IMG/VR virus record: IMGVR_UViG_3300027754_000035
Strand: one strand, 5' to 3'
DNA: 64,000 nucleotides
From: a virus
Taxonomy: Duplodnaviria; Caudoviricetes
The position numbers and the translations under genes were made by a program. Below are positions 38,353 through 47,486 of this stretch, piece after piece; positions within the stretch are counted from its first letter, which is position 1; the number at the start of each line of letters is the position of its first letter. Below the pieces are notes generated by a model. It saw only the letters and a program-made list of their open reading frames with translations. It did not search any database and was not told the origin of the DNA.

Positions 38353-38967
38353 TTATATTATTTCATCAACTAAACCGTATTTGACACACTCATTGGCATT
38401 CAAATAAATGTCATGCTTCAAAATTTCTTCAAGATCGGCTTTACTGAATTTGGTGTGTTCCAAATAAATCTGGGTCACTTTTTCAGCCAACATATCAAGA
38501 TTTTTGGCTTCATCTTTGAGATTTTCATGTGTACCACCACACCAACTGCGCAATTGATGTACCAACATTACACCACTCTTACCAATATATCGTTTGCTAC
38601 CACACACGCTGATCAATGTAGCGGCACTGGCAGCAATACCTTCTACATAGGTGTGAATAGGCACTTTGCTGCTGGTGATACGATCCACTGTTGTAAATGC
38701 GCTGAATATTTCGCCGCCGTCGCTATTGATGAATAGTTTGATGTGTGGTGGTTTTGACATACCCAATTGAATTTGGGTGATCAACATTTGTTTTTCCAGA
38801 TCGGATATTGCCTTGTTCAAAGAAAAAACACTTCCAAGTGAGACATCACTGTAGAAGTATATTTCGTTGCCATGAACTTGACTTTGCCCTCGACTGGGCT
38901 TGGTTATGATAATTTCTTCATCATCAATATCCGTCAACTGTGGTCTTGGGTTTTTGTATAGATGCAT
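38353..38967 (-). CDS. clpP: ClpP-like serine protease (S14)
   Basis: I.LFINS.GG, GIAASAAT (Ser), MLVHQ (His), DIYL.A.E..KYGLVDEI. Confidence 0.88.
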   Translation of the reverse strand: MHLYKNPRPQLTDIDDEEIIITKPSRGQSQVHGNEIYFYSDVSLGSVFSLNKAISDLEKQMLITQIQLGMSKPPHIKLFINSDGGEIFSAFTTVDRITSSKVPIHTYVEGIAASAATLISVCGSKRYIGKSGVMLVHQLRSWCGGTHENLKDEAKNLDMLAEKVTQIYLEHTKFSKADLEEILKHDIYLNANECVKYGLVDEII

Positions 38968-38984
38968 AACTTACACTATACATA

Positions 38985-39485
38985 TCATTTTTTTGGCGGT
39001 GAATCAAAGTTAAATTCCGTTTGATTGCTCAAAATTTGTTGCAATTCTGTGTCATCTACAACATAAAAGTCTTGTCCGTTTGCTAAACTTTTATGGTGTG
39101 TTTTAATCCATCCCTTTTTATTGTAACCCACATTCTCAGTTTGACCTGTAGTTTCACAAATGAATCCACTTATATATTCCACAAATGAGATCACGGCTTG
39201 TGTGTGTTGATTACCACCATCAACATAAAATCTAAGTGTGCCAAACTTTTCTTTGACTTGTACCACCTTGATTTGCTTGACAGGCAGATATTGCTCGGGA
39301 TATTTTTCAGCCGATTTATTTTGTTGATCGATGTAAGATTGAAGATATCTGCTCAACCACAGAATTGGTCTAAACCAACCATCTTGACATTCAAACCCAA
39401 ATAACTCGAACGGATTATCTCGACCACACTCAGTATACAGTTTCGGAAATTTACTTTTTAGGTACGTTTGTAGTTCCGGCGTCAT
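38985..39485 (-). CDS. Conserved phage hypothetical protein
   Basis: GFEC.DGW, QVKEKFGTLRFY, ICETTG motifs. Confidence 0.7.
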   Translation of the reverse strand: MTPELQTYLKSKFPKLYTECGRDNPFELFGFECQDGWFRPILWLSRYLQSYIDQQNKSAEKYPEQYLPVKQIKVVQVKEKFGTLRFYVDGGNQHTQAVISFVEYISGFICETTGQTENVGYNKKGWIKTHHKSLANGQDFYVVDDTELQQILSNQTEFNFDSPPKK

Positions 39486-39711
39486 TGTAGGTAATATTGA
39501 AATTGTGGTGTGGAACTTGTGGTAGCTCTGAGTACGTGTAACTTCGATCAGATAATACGTAACTTACTGTGCAAATTTTATGAATATCTTGCACAAATTT
39601 TGCATAATCAATCGGATGTTCTGGTCGAAGATTATGCTTCTCAAAGATGCGTTGAACATCTTCGGTTTTGAAATAGTATTGTGGATTATCAAATGGTTGT
39701 ATATTTGTCAT
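39451..39711 (-). CDS. Hypothetical protein
   Basis: Directly downstream of a sigma70-type promoter. Confidence 0.55.
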   Translation of the reverse strand: MTNIQPFDNPQYYFKTEDVQRIFEKHNLRPEHPIDYAKFVQDIHKICTVSYVLSDRSYTYSELPQVPHHNFNITYNDAGTTNVPKK

Positions 39712-39720
39712 ATATACAAC

Positions 39721-39748
39721 ATATTAACACATCACTCTGCTTTGTCAA
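39721..39748 (-). promoter_or_regulatory. sigma70-type promoter (TTGACA-16-TAATAT)
   Basis: 9 nt upstream of ATG 39711. Confidence 0.55.
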
Positions 39749-40118
39749 GTGGAAATTGTAATGAGTAAATCATCAAGTCGGGGTTTGCATACCCAAACTT
39801 TTTTACTAATTGGCCAGCGACAGAATTGGCTTCGTCTTCAACTTGTCCACCAACATCTGGATGTTGAACATTGAGTTGTTGGCGTTGATTTTGTAAATGA
39901 TGCACCATTTCGTGTGCAATGCTACGCAACACATCTGCCAATCCACGACCATTGGTATAAACCTTCATATCGCCACTCGTTTTGTCATAGTAAGCATATG
40001 TCTTGAGGTCACCATCTCGTACACTGGTGAGCTTTACTTTGAATGGAGCATTGATATCAAGTTGGTCGTGTATGAACTTGAGGAACTTGACTACGGCGTA
40101 TTTGAGGTTTTTCTCCAT
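39732..40118 (-). CDS. Zincin-like metallopeptidase (HExxH)
   Basis: LRSIAHEMVHHLQ...EDEAN; start at ATG 40118 with ATATTTATA upstream. Confidence 0.7.
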   Translation of the reverse strand: MEKNLKYAVVKFLKFIHDQLDINAPFKVKLTSVRDGDLKTYAYYDKTSGDMKVYTNGRGLADVLRSIAHEMVHHLQNQRQQLNVQHPDVGGQVEDEANSVAGQLVKKFGYANPDLMIYSLQFPLDKAE

Positions 40119-40155
40119 GGTTATAAATATCAACTACGATTGTGAATTGATGGTA

Positions 40156-40911
40156 TTATTGCCCAAATACTCGTTTCCAGAATCCCTGTTTCTTTTGAGA
40201 TTTGGTCGTTATCACAACATTTTCTTTTTTTGGTTCTTCTGACTTTACTTCGTCAATGCTACCATCGTAAGAACTCACCGTGATCAAATAATGAGATTTA
40301 TTGGCTTCGCCCATGTTGTTTGGAAACTTGTAGCCCAATTTTTCCAAGTCTTGACGTTTCACCAATGCCAATTTACCGTTTTCTTGCTTCAATTGTGTGA
40401 TGGTGGTTTCGTATTCTTTCAACTTGATATACAGAGTGTCACGTTCTTGTGTTAGACTCTTGATCTTTCCCACCATATCATCCAACTGAGCGTTATTTGC
40501 GTGGTCTTCAGCGTCATGTAGTTTTTGATTGAGTGTGTTGATGTCGCCAGTCAGTTTTACCACCGTGTTGCGCAGAACCTTGGCATCTGCTTCCAATGCT
40601 GTTTTTTCATTGAGTAGCTGCGTGATCTTGGTATCTTTGTCGGTGCTGTCTTTTTGCAATACTGTTACCATCGAATTAAGTGATTGTAAACTGTTTTGCA
40701 CTTCAGAAAATTTGGTATCATAACTTTTTACCAAATTGGATAATCCACCCACTTCATTATTGAGAGAATTGATACGGTTTGTAAGACTGTGATTTTGAAT
40801 CACTTGTTGATTGTAGAGATTGGTCTGAGTTTTGTATTTATCGTAGTAAACACCCGAACCCATCAGAAGGGTCAGCATCAGAACGCCTGTGATTGCAACA
40901 GTTTTTGTCAT
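40156..40911 (-). CDS. Membrane-anchored coiled-coil protein
   Basis: N-terminal hydrophobic helix VAITGVLMLTLLMGSGVYY, long heptad region, C-terminal KKQGFWKRVFG. Confidence 0.65.
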   Translation of the reverse strand: MTKTVAITGVLMLTLLMGSGVYYDKYKTQTNLYNQQVIQNHSLTNRINSLNNEVGGLSNLVKSYDTKFSEVQNSLQSLNSMVTVLQKDSTDKDTKITQLLNEKTALEADAKVLRNTVVKLTGDINTLNQKLHDAEDHANNAQLDDMVGKIKSLTQERDTLYIKLKEYETTITQLKQENGKLALVKRQDLEKLGYKFPNNMGEANKSHYLITVSSYDGSIDEVKSEEPKKENVVITTKSQKKQGFWKRVFGQ

Positions 40912-40912
40912 A

Positions 40913-41287
40913 TTATTCTAGAGTTAGAAGGTACTTGAGTTTGTTTAGTTGTCCCAACATTTCATCACGGATGTTAAGCAAATCGGTATCATTCTCAACA
41001 TTGAGTTCTTTTGGTAAAGCCACTGTCAAATATTCTACGTATTTATCGCAGAATTCCGTTGGAGAACTTTGACCTTCGTAATTAACCAATCTAATGGTAA
41101 ATCCGTCCTTGCTCTTGATTCTACCATACTTTCCCATAAACACCTCAACAAAAGAATCGATTAGATCTGAGAATTCTCCGTATGCTTTATCCAACGCTTT
41201 GTGTTGGGCAAAACTACCTTTACCACGGGTTTGCCAATGGTAAATTTTGATTTGGTTTAGTATGGTCAACAGATTGGTTACTATCAT
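40913..41287 (-). CDS. Ferritin/Dps-like four-helix protein (DUF5856-like)
   Basis: KIYHWQT...AQHKALD..Y...DLID.FVE..MGKYGR, LLNIRDEML..NKLKYLLTL. Confidence 0.75.
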   Translation of the reverse strand: MIVTNLLTILNQIKIYHWQTRGKGSFAQHKALDKAYGEFSDLIDSFVEVFMGKYGRIKSKDGFTIRLVNYEGQSSPTEFCDKYVEYLTVALPKELNVENDTDLLNIRDEMLGQLNKLKYLLTLE

Positions 41288-41357
41288 ATACCCAATAAAT
41301 AGTAGCCGACTGATTAAAATAATCCAAAACAATCACTATGGGCTATGTATATTTGTT

Positions 41358-42158
41358 ATGTTGTTTACTAATAAGCCCAAGATGGAGGCCGTGATTCCGT
41401 GGCCCAATGAAAATGTGTTATCAGATGATATTAAGGCAAAAACTATTATTTTGGTACCGGTTGGTTCCCATATTGAACCAGCGTGTGATGAAGCGTTGCG
41501 ACAGTTGGAAAAAGACGGTATTAAAGTGTATCGTAAGTATGGATTTAGCGCAATTGATCAGGGTCGGTGTGTGATGGCACAACAAGCCATTGATGAAGAC
41601 TACGAACATTTGTTTTGGATTGATAGCGACGTTGCTTTTTATCCAGGCGACGTTTATCGCACCATCAACAGAAACTGCGCTCTTAAAGGACAATATCCGT
41701 TTCAGACAGCAGCATACACAGTCAAGGGATGGCCTGCGTTAACAACCAAGTTTCATTCCGATTTTGATAAAGTATTTTTTGGTCGTCACGGTGCTTTGTA
41801 TGAAGTAGAATATGCAGCGACTGGATTCATGTATACACATCTATCGGTGTATGAGGATATCAAACGAAAATTCAACATGAAACCAGTAAAAATTTGGGGT
41901 GGTCAATATACCGTACATCCTTGGTTTCTACCCATGATTATTGGTGAAGATTACGTTGGTGAAGATTTTGCGTTCTGTCATAGAGCAAAACAAGCTGGGC
42001 ATACTATTTTATGCGATACCACAATTCGATTGGCACATATTGGCAAATATAGCTATAGTTTTGACTTTTTGACCAGACCCGGCAAATTGCCAAGCGACGA
42101 ACCAACATCTCTGGTTTATTATAATGATGGAAGTGGCAAACCCGCTGATAGTTATTAA
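41358..42158 (+). CDS. GT-A glycosyltransferase
   Basis: AIDQGR, LFWIDSDV, ATGFM, GEDFAFC.RA..AG, DTTIRLAHIG. Confidence 0.82.
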   Translation: MLFTNKPKMEAVIPWPNENVLSDDIKAKTIILVPVGSHIEPACDEALRQLEKDGIKVYRKYGFSAIDQGRCVMAQQAIDEDYEHLFWIDSDVAFYPGDVYRTINRNCALKGQYPFQTAAYTVKGWPALTTKFHSDFDKVFFGRHGALYEVEYAATGFMYTHLSVYEDIKRKFNMKPVKIWGGQYTVHPWFLPMIIGEDYVGEDFAFCHRAKQAGHTILCDTTIRLAHIGKYSYSFDFLTRPGKLPSDEPTSLVYYNDGSGKPADSY

Positions 42159-42160
42159 GG

Positions 42161-42643
42161 ATGGCACTTGAACACTACATAGTTGAAGGGTCAAATTGGA
42201 AATGTAAGGTTTCTTTAGAGAAGTCTAAAGACGTAGACGCTGAATATCAGCTTATTGAGGCAGCAACCAGATGTGTAGAACATCTATTCACAAATACAAG
42301 TCGAGAAGATTCTGTGGATATGCTTGAACTCAAAGATTCCAATGGTGTTGACTTTTTCTCAATGATGGATGGACCTGTAGACGATGTTCCTGATCCCGCA
42401 TTTGGGTTGTTGATAAAGATCTACAAAACCAAGGACACCAACAAAGTTGACAACCACTATGTTATTCGCACAAAAGTATTGATGGAGAATGCCAGTGCAT
42501 ATGACGCAATCCCTCTGTCATTTGAACTTGAAAAGGAAATCAAAAAAAGTAATCCCCGTATGTACAAAACCATAAACTTTTTGATGAAAAACAAAGTGGT
42601 TCTTAAATTTGGGGAAATCAAGAAGATAGAAGAAGATCTTTGA
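42161..42643 (+). CDS. Hypothetical protein
   Basis: Packed ORF 2 nt after the GT gene. Confidence 0.55.
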   Translation: MALEHYIVEGSNWKCKVSLEKSKDVDAEYQLIEAATRCVEHLFTNTSREDSVDMLELKDSNGVDFFSMMDGPVDDVPDPAFGLLIKIYKTKDTNKVDNHYVIRTKVLMENASAYDAIPLSFELEKEIKKSNPRMYKTINFLMKNKVVLKFGEIKKIEEDL

Positions 42644-43130
42644 TGTAGTTTTGAGCATCTTTGTGATGTATCCAACCTTTGATCTTGACTGGATTTGGCT
42701 TTCTGTTGACTTTCTTGTACAGTCTAAAGAAATCGCCACACACCGTTAAAAACATGGGATCTAGATCATCAATATCATTGTAGTTATTTGGATTGTACAA
42801 AGGTACACCCAATATCTTATAGTCTTTTTTACCATGATCGTAAGTCATCAACGCACCTACGATTTTTACTTCCACCAACGATAATGGAACCAATGGTACG
42901 GTGTTGTATATCAATATATCCACAGGATCGCCGTCATCAGCAAGAGTGTTGGGTAAAAATCCATAGCTTGCAGGATATTGCAATGAACTGATTAAGCAAC
43001 GATCCAATTTGACCAAACCACTTTCAGCATCATATTCATACTTGGTGTTGGTATCTTTTGGAATCTCAACAACCGCTTTGGCTATTTCTGGAAATTTTTT
43101 ATGTTGAGGTAGATGTAACAAATTTGGCAT
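42618..43130 (-). CDS. ppa: Family I inorganic pyrophosphatase
   Basis: VEIPK..KYEYD, LDR, YP..YGF.P.TLADDGDPVD, DYKILGV, FF..YK. Confidence 0.94.
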   Translation of the reverse strand: MPNLLHLPQHKKFPEIAKAVVEIPKDTNTKYEYDAESGLVKLDRCLISSLQYPASYGFLPNTLADDGDPVDILIYNTVPLVPLSLVEVKIVGALMTYDHGKKDYKILGVPLYNPNNYNDIDDLDPMFLTVCGDFFRLYKKVNRKPNPVKIKGWIHHKDAQNYIKDLLLSS

Positions 43131-43136
43131 ATTATT

Positions 43137-43325
43137 CTAAAACACAATTTCTACCTTGCACGACTTTTTGCTGTAAAAGCCTTCATCGATGATATATTTT
43201 ACAACCAAATCACATTGGGGTCTGAAATCTTCCAGCGACATATCAGTGGGTTTCCAAATCCTGACGGTTTTTGCGTCTTTGATTAGGAAGCGAATGCCAC
43301 GTATTGTTCCGCTAAAATTCTGCAT
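43137..43325 (-). CDS. Small hypothetical protein
   Basis: Start set at MQNFSG; late motif CTATTTATT upstream. Confidence 0.5.
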   Translation of the reverse strand: MQNFSGTIRGIRFLIKDAKTVRIWKPTDMSLEDFRPQCDLVVKYIIDEGFYSKKSCKVEIVF

Positions 43326-43381
43326 ATACTTGTCAATAAATAGTACCACACGTTTGACAAAGATCAAATCTAAACTTGTTC

Positions 43382-43409
43382 TTGACAATTTTTTACGATG
43401 TGTTATATT
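43382..43409 (+). promoter_or_regulatory. sigma70-type promoter (TTGACA-16-TATATT, extended -10 TG)
   Basis: ATG 43417 lies 7 nt after the -10 box. Confidence 0.7.
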
Positions 43410-43416
43410 TGATGAT

Positions 43417-44088
43417 ATGACAGCATATCAATTGTGTTTTGATTTTCGTTTGCCAGAGCAGCAAAAACAAGAAAACTTTACAACCCAACCCAGCGTATTG
43501 GCGACGCCTAGTGATGACACGGATTATACATGGTATCAAGTTAGTAAATTGTGGGACACAGTATTGGATAAAATTCCCTACGGTTGGCGAATACACTCCA
43601 AATTTTGTGATGCTCGTATGAACATCAAAGCAACATATCAGCGTTTGAGATATGGTGTTTGTGATCGTGACTGTTGGAGTCTACCAAACACATTCAGTGA
43701 GTATATACTGCGACATCTAAAGCATTTCAAAAAAATGAATCGTTATGGTGTTCCCTCACGATTGTGTGGTGATATGGATAACATCCAAGGATTGATGGAC
43801 AGAGACTATACCGAACTTGGTAGCAAACGCTGGGAACAAATACTAGACGAAATTATTTGGGCGTTTGAGTATATGTGTGACGAGGATAAATTTAATCCGA
43901 TGCCCGATGAATTGTTGTGTTCAAATCGTAAACCAGGTCAAGATATTTGTAATTGGATTGGTCGGGAAAAATCAGATCGGGAGAAAATGTTGTGGAATGA
44001 TTATTTCAGCAAGTCTGAAGAATTAAACAAACGCAAACAAAAAGGATTGTTGTTATTTGCCGAATATTACGATGATTTGTGGGACTGA
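43417..44088 (+). CDS. Conserved phage hypothetical protein
   Basis: RWEQILDEIIWAFE...KGLLLFAEYYDDLWD; start moved to the ATG after the promoter. Confidence 0.7.
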   Translation: MTAYQLCFDFRLPEQQKQENFTTQPSVLATPSDDTDYTWYQVSKLWDTVLDKIPYGWRIHSKFCDARMNIKATYQRLRYGVCDRDCWSLPNTFSEYILRHLKHFKKMNRYGVPSRLCGDMDNIQGLMDRDYTELGSKRWEQILDEIIWAFEYMCDEDKFNPMPDELLCSNRKPGQDICNWIGREKSDREKMLWNDYFSKSEELNKRKQKGLLLFAEYYDDLWD

Positions 44089-44122
44089 ATAATATCATTA
44101 ATTTACATCTAGCAACTAACAT

Positions 44123-44155
44123 AAAAAAACTCTGATGAACAGTCAGAGTTTTTTT
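44123..44155. terminator. Bidirectional rho-independent terminator
   Basis: AAAAAAACTCTGA-TGAACAG-TCAGAGTTTTTTT. Confidence 0.85.
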
Positions 44156-44190
44156 GTTTATGATATAATCGTTGATATTTATATCATCGT

Positions 44191-44838
44191 ATGGACTTAA
44201 CTAATTCTGTCGAGTATGTTGAAAAATTAAGTAGAATGGGGCATTCTAACTGGCAAAATACATATGATTATTTTCAAATCATTATTGCTGCATCGGCAGC
44301 AATCGGGATCGTATACAAGATCTCAGAATTTGTTATCAAGAAGATCAAGAAAGAATACGATAACTTGACCAAGGTTCATACCATGATTGAAACCATATAT
44401 TCAGAGATTACACCCAATCATGGTAGCAGCATCAAAGATAAAGTATTGGCAATAGAGTCTAAGTTGGAAGAAAATACTAAGATGACCAAACAGATTAGTC
44501 ATCGCCAACGTTGGATCTTGGATAATAGGGAGGAACCAATTTTTGAATCAGATCCGCTTGGTAATTGTACATGGGTCAATGATAAATATTGTAGATTAAG
44601 TGGTCACGACATCGGTTTCTTTTTGGGTAATGGTTGGCGCAACATTGTTCACGAAGATGATCGTGAACGAATTGTGAGCGAGTGGAACAGTGCTATAACT
44701 GATAAACGTGATTCACATATATCATTTAGATTGGTTACCCGAGACGGAAAAGTGTACAATGTACATTCAATAGCAATCCGTAATGCTGAATCTGGTTATA
44801 TTGGTAATATTGATATTGAACAAAATAATACACCTTGA
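44191..44838 (+). CDS. Single-TM protein with holin-like TPNHGSSIKD motif fused to a PAS domain
   Basis: TM FQIIIAASAAIGIVY; PNHGSSIKD; PAS: IFESD..GNCTWVN..Y..LSG......GNGW..IVHEDDRERI..EW. Confidence 0.75.
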   Translation: MDLTNSVEYVEKLSRMGHSNWQNTYDYFQIIIAASAAIGIVYKISEFVIKKIKKEYDNLTKVHTMIETIYSEITPNHGSSIKDKVLAIESKLEENTKMTKQISHRQRWILDNREEPIFESDPLGNCTWVNDKYCRLSGHDIGFFLGNGWRNIVHEDDRERIVSEWNSAITDKRDSHISFRLVTRDGKVYNVHSIAIRNAESGYIGNIDIEQNNTP

Positions 44839-44862
44839 CAGTCTGAGATTGTGTGTTATAGT
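44835..44862 (+). promoter_or_regulatory. sigma70-type promoter (TTGACA-16-TATAGT, extended -10)
   Basis: Upstream of ATG 44871. Confidence 0.65.
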
Positions 44863-44870
44863 ATTTATGG

Positions 44871-45365
44871 ATGACCAAATACGAAGAACACATTTCCGAC
44901 CTTTGCGATCTACATAAAATAAAGGTACAACATAGTAAGAGTAAGCCCATGGCTAATTTGTTGAATAAAAGTGTGTATATAAATAAAGATATTCGATCCA
45001 TTAAAACTTATTTTTCCGCATTGCATGAGATTGGTCATGTTCTCAACGAATCACATTTGATATTTCAAAATGTTAATCGACTTTTGTGGAATCAAAACCG
45101 TGGTAAAAATTGTGTTTTTGTTAGCAAATACCGAATGCAAACTGAGACTGATGCATGGAAACGTGCGTTTGATCTTGCACAGTGGACCAATTTTGTTGCC
45201 GATAAAGAAACTGTTGTGTCATTACTAACATACGTTTATGGTTACAACGAATCACACAGAATTCCATACAAGGGCATTGACAATAAAATGATAGCATCGG
45301 TTATGCGAGGCGGCAGCAACGATATTGACACAGTTTTATCACTCAAACACACATTATTTTCATGA
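44871..45365 (+). CDS. Hypothetical protein with HExxH motif
   Basis: SALHEIGH...ETDAW. Confidence 0.6.
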   Translation: MTKYEEHISDLCDLHKIKVQHSKSKPMANLLNKSVYINKDIRSIKTYFSALHEIGHVLNESHLIFQNVNRLLWNQNRGKNCVFVSKYRMQTETDAWKRAFDLAQWTNFVADKETVVSLLTYVYGYNESHRIPYKGIDNKMIASVMRGGSNDIDTVLSLKHTLFS

Positions 45366-45883
45366 ATTTCGACACCTATATTCCACCAGACTGGAACGAG
45401 TGGTTTTTACAAGGAGTTTATTGGGTAGCAAGCAAAAGCAAAGATCCCAAGACGAAAATTGGTGCAATCATCGTAAAAGACAAACGCATCATTTCCACTG
45501 GATATAATGGTATGCCGATAGGTGTAGACGATGGCATGGCGTGGCGACACGAACGTCCAGAAAAATACAAATGGTACGAACACGGCGAGCGTAATGCCAT
45601 TTACAGTGCCGCAAAATATGGTATTAGCACCGAAAACGCAACTTTATACACCAACGCCATGCCATGTGCAGATTGTGCCAGGGGTGTAATTCAGTCGGGT
45701 ATAAAACATGTGTATATTCACAAGCAGTTTACTGACCTAACACACTCCATTGTGCGTGATCAATGGAAAGGACATCATATTGCTACAACATCTATGCTCA
45801 ATGAGGCTGGGGTGGAATTTTTCGAAGTAGATGCAACTTTGGGATGCAAAGCATACTTTGATGGTAAAGTCTTTGATATATAA
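45362..45883 (+). CDS. dCMP deaminase
   Basis: SKDP.TKIGA.IV, STGYNG.P, HGERNAI, LYT..PCADCA..IQSGI. Confidence 0.93.
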   Translation: MNFDTYIPPDWNEWFLQGVYWVASKSKDPKTKIGAIIVKDKRIISTGYNGMPIGVDDGMAWRHERPEKYKWYEHGERNAIYSAAKYGISTENATLYTNAMPCADCARGVIQSGIKHVYIHKQFTDLTHSIVRDQWKGHHIATTSMLNEAGVEFFEVDATLGCKAYFDGKVFDI

Positions 45884-45888
45884 CACAT

Positions 45889-46155
45889 ATGGATTACAAA
45901 CCAAAGTTACATTTTACGTGGTCGTGCATTCAACTAAATTTTGAAAAATCATGGTACAACTATTTCAGCGTTAACCTATTTGTTCCTTATTTTGAAGCAG
46001 GTAAGTTTATAGAGTTGGGAGATTCAGAAAAAACTACTAATTATTCGTTTAATGCTCCAACAACAGTTTCATTTGTTTCAACACACGCATATTGGGGTAT
46101 CAAAACACAGCTATTGGGTTTTGGTATAGGATTTTTGCGACAAAACGGTTATTAA
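45889..46155 (+). CDS. Hypothetical protein
   Basis: Packed ORF. Confidence 0.5.
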   Translation: MDYKPKLHFTWSCIQLNFEKSWYNYFSVNLFVPYFEAGKFIELGDSEKTTNYSFNAPTTVSFVSTHAYWGIKTQLLGFGIGFLRQNGY

Positions 46156-46529
46156 TAGTGATTTCGCACAGCATCAAAAAATTTGGTGTTGATGTTACCG
46201 GTTCGGTACACCGTGATTTCTTTGTCTTTTAAGTGCATGTATTTCTTTGCACGATTATACAGCGTTGTACCTATACCAAGCCGTCGATACGATTTCTTGA
46301 CATACACCATGAACTGCCATTTGGCTTTTTTATCAAGTTTGATGATTGCCCATGCCACCACGACACCTCTCTCTTTTGCTAAAAATACACAATTACGTGG
46401 TGGTTTATCTGGGTGACAACATTCCACATACACATTGTAAATGGCACCACTACTCACCAGTTTTGCGCACGATTTTTCCTCTGCTAGTAGCAGATCCTTT
46501 GCTAATTTGGAATAAATCCTAATTGGCAC
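46152..46529 (-). CDS. GNAT-family acetyltransferase
   Basis: VYVKKSYRRLGIGTTL acetyl-CoA-binding motif A. Confidence 0.78.
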   Translation of the reverse strand: MPIRIYSKLAKDLLLAEEKSCAKLVSSGAIYNVYVECCHPDKPPRNCVFLAKERGVVVAWAIIKLDKKAKWQFMVYVKKSYRRLGIGTTLYNRAKKYMHLKDKEITVYRTGNINTKFFDAVRNHY

Positions 46530-46532
46530 ATA

Positions 46533-47486
46533 TTATAAATATGATCTAATAGTTGCATCCAAAGCATCATTCCACGGAGTTAACTTAAATGTTGGAAACT
46601 CTAATTCAAAGTCTTTGGTGTCAATAGCATATCGTAAATCGTGACCTTTACGATCTTCAACATATTGAAACCAATTTTCGTTTACCTTTGTATTGGTAAT
46701 ATTTTCGTATGTCGATTTGAGACAATGAATCAAATCATAATTGGTTAGTTCCATATTACCACCAATCAAGTATTGTTTTCCAGATGTACCTTCCAGCAAT
46801 ACTTTTATCAATGCATTAACATGATCTTTTACGTAAATCCAATCTCTTATGTTCTGACCTGTACCATACAAAGGTATTGGTTGATTATTCTTGAGACGTT
46901 GTATACACAACGGTATCATTTTTTCGGGAAACTGTCTTGGTCCAAAATTGTTGCTGCAATTGGTTATCACAGCTGGTAGTTTGTGAGTTTGCACATAACT
47001 ACGCACCAACAAGTCACTGGCAGCTTTACTTGCTGCATATGGACTGTTGGGTCTATATGGACTATCCACACTGAATGCCAGTTCTTTGTCGTTCAACGTA
47101 CCATATACTTCGTCGGTCGAAACGTGTACAAATTTTCTGATGAGTTGCCGTGCGGATTTTATTGCCTCCAGAAGTTTGTGAGTGCCAACAATATTTGTAT
47201 AAATGAACGGTGCTGAATCGTTTATACTGTTATCAACGTGACTTTCAGCAGCAAAGTGAACAATGTGATTGATAGAGTATGAATCAATAATTTTTTCTAA
47301 TCGATCTTTACTGATATCCAGTTGCCAATGAATATAGCGAGGATCTTTTTCAAAACTTAAATTTCGATTGGCTGCATATGTCATGGAATCGATATTGACC
47401 ACGGTTTCAACATCGTTGCGTTTCAAAATTTCTTCTATGAAATGTGAACCTATAAATCCACAACCACCTGTTACTAGTAATCTCAT
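46533..47486 (-). CDS. rfbB: dTDP-glucose 4,6-dehydratase
   Basis: LVTGGCGFIGS, HFAAESHVDNSI, HVSTDEVYG, PNSPYAASKA, NCSNNFGP.QFPEK, RDWIYVKDH, DRKGHDLRY. Confidence 0.96.
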   Translation of the reverse strand: MRLLVTGGCGFIGSHFIEEILKRNDVETVVNIDSMTYAANRNLSFEKDPRYIHWQLDISKDRLEKIIDSYSINHIVHFAAESHVDNSINDSAPFIYTNIVGTHKLLEAIKSARQLIRKFVHVSTDEVYGTLNDKELAFSVDSPYRPNSPYAASKAASDLLVRSYVQTHKLPAVITNCSNNFGPRQFPEKMIPLCIQRLKNNQPIPLYGTGQNIRDWIYVKDHVNALIKVLLEGTSGKQYLIGGNMELTNYDLIHCLKSTYENITNTKVNENWFQYVEDRKGHDLRYAIDTKDFELEFPTFKLTPWNDALDATIRSYL

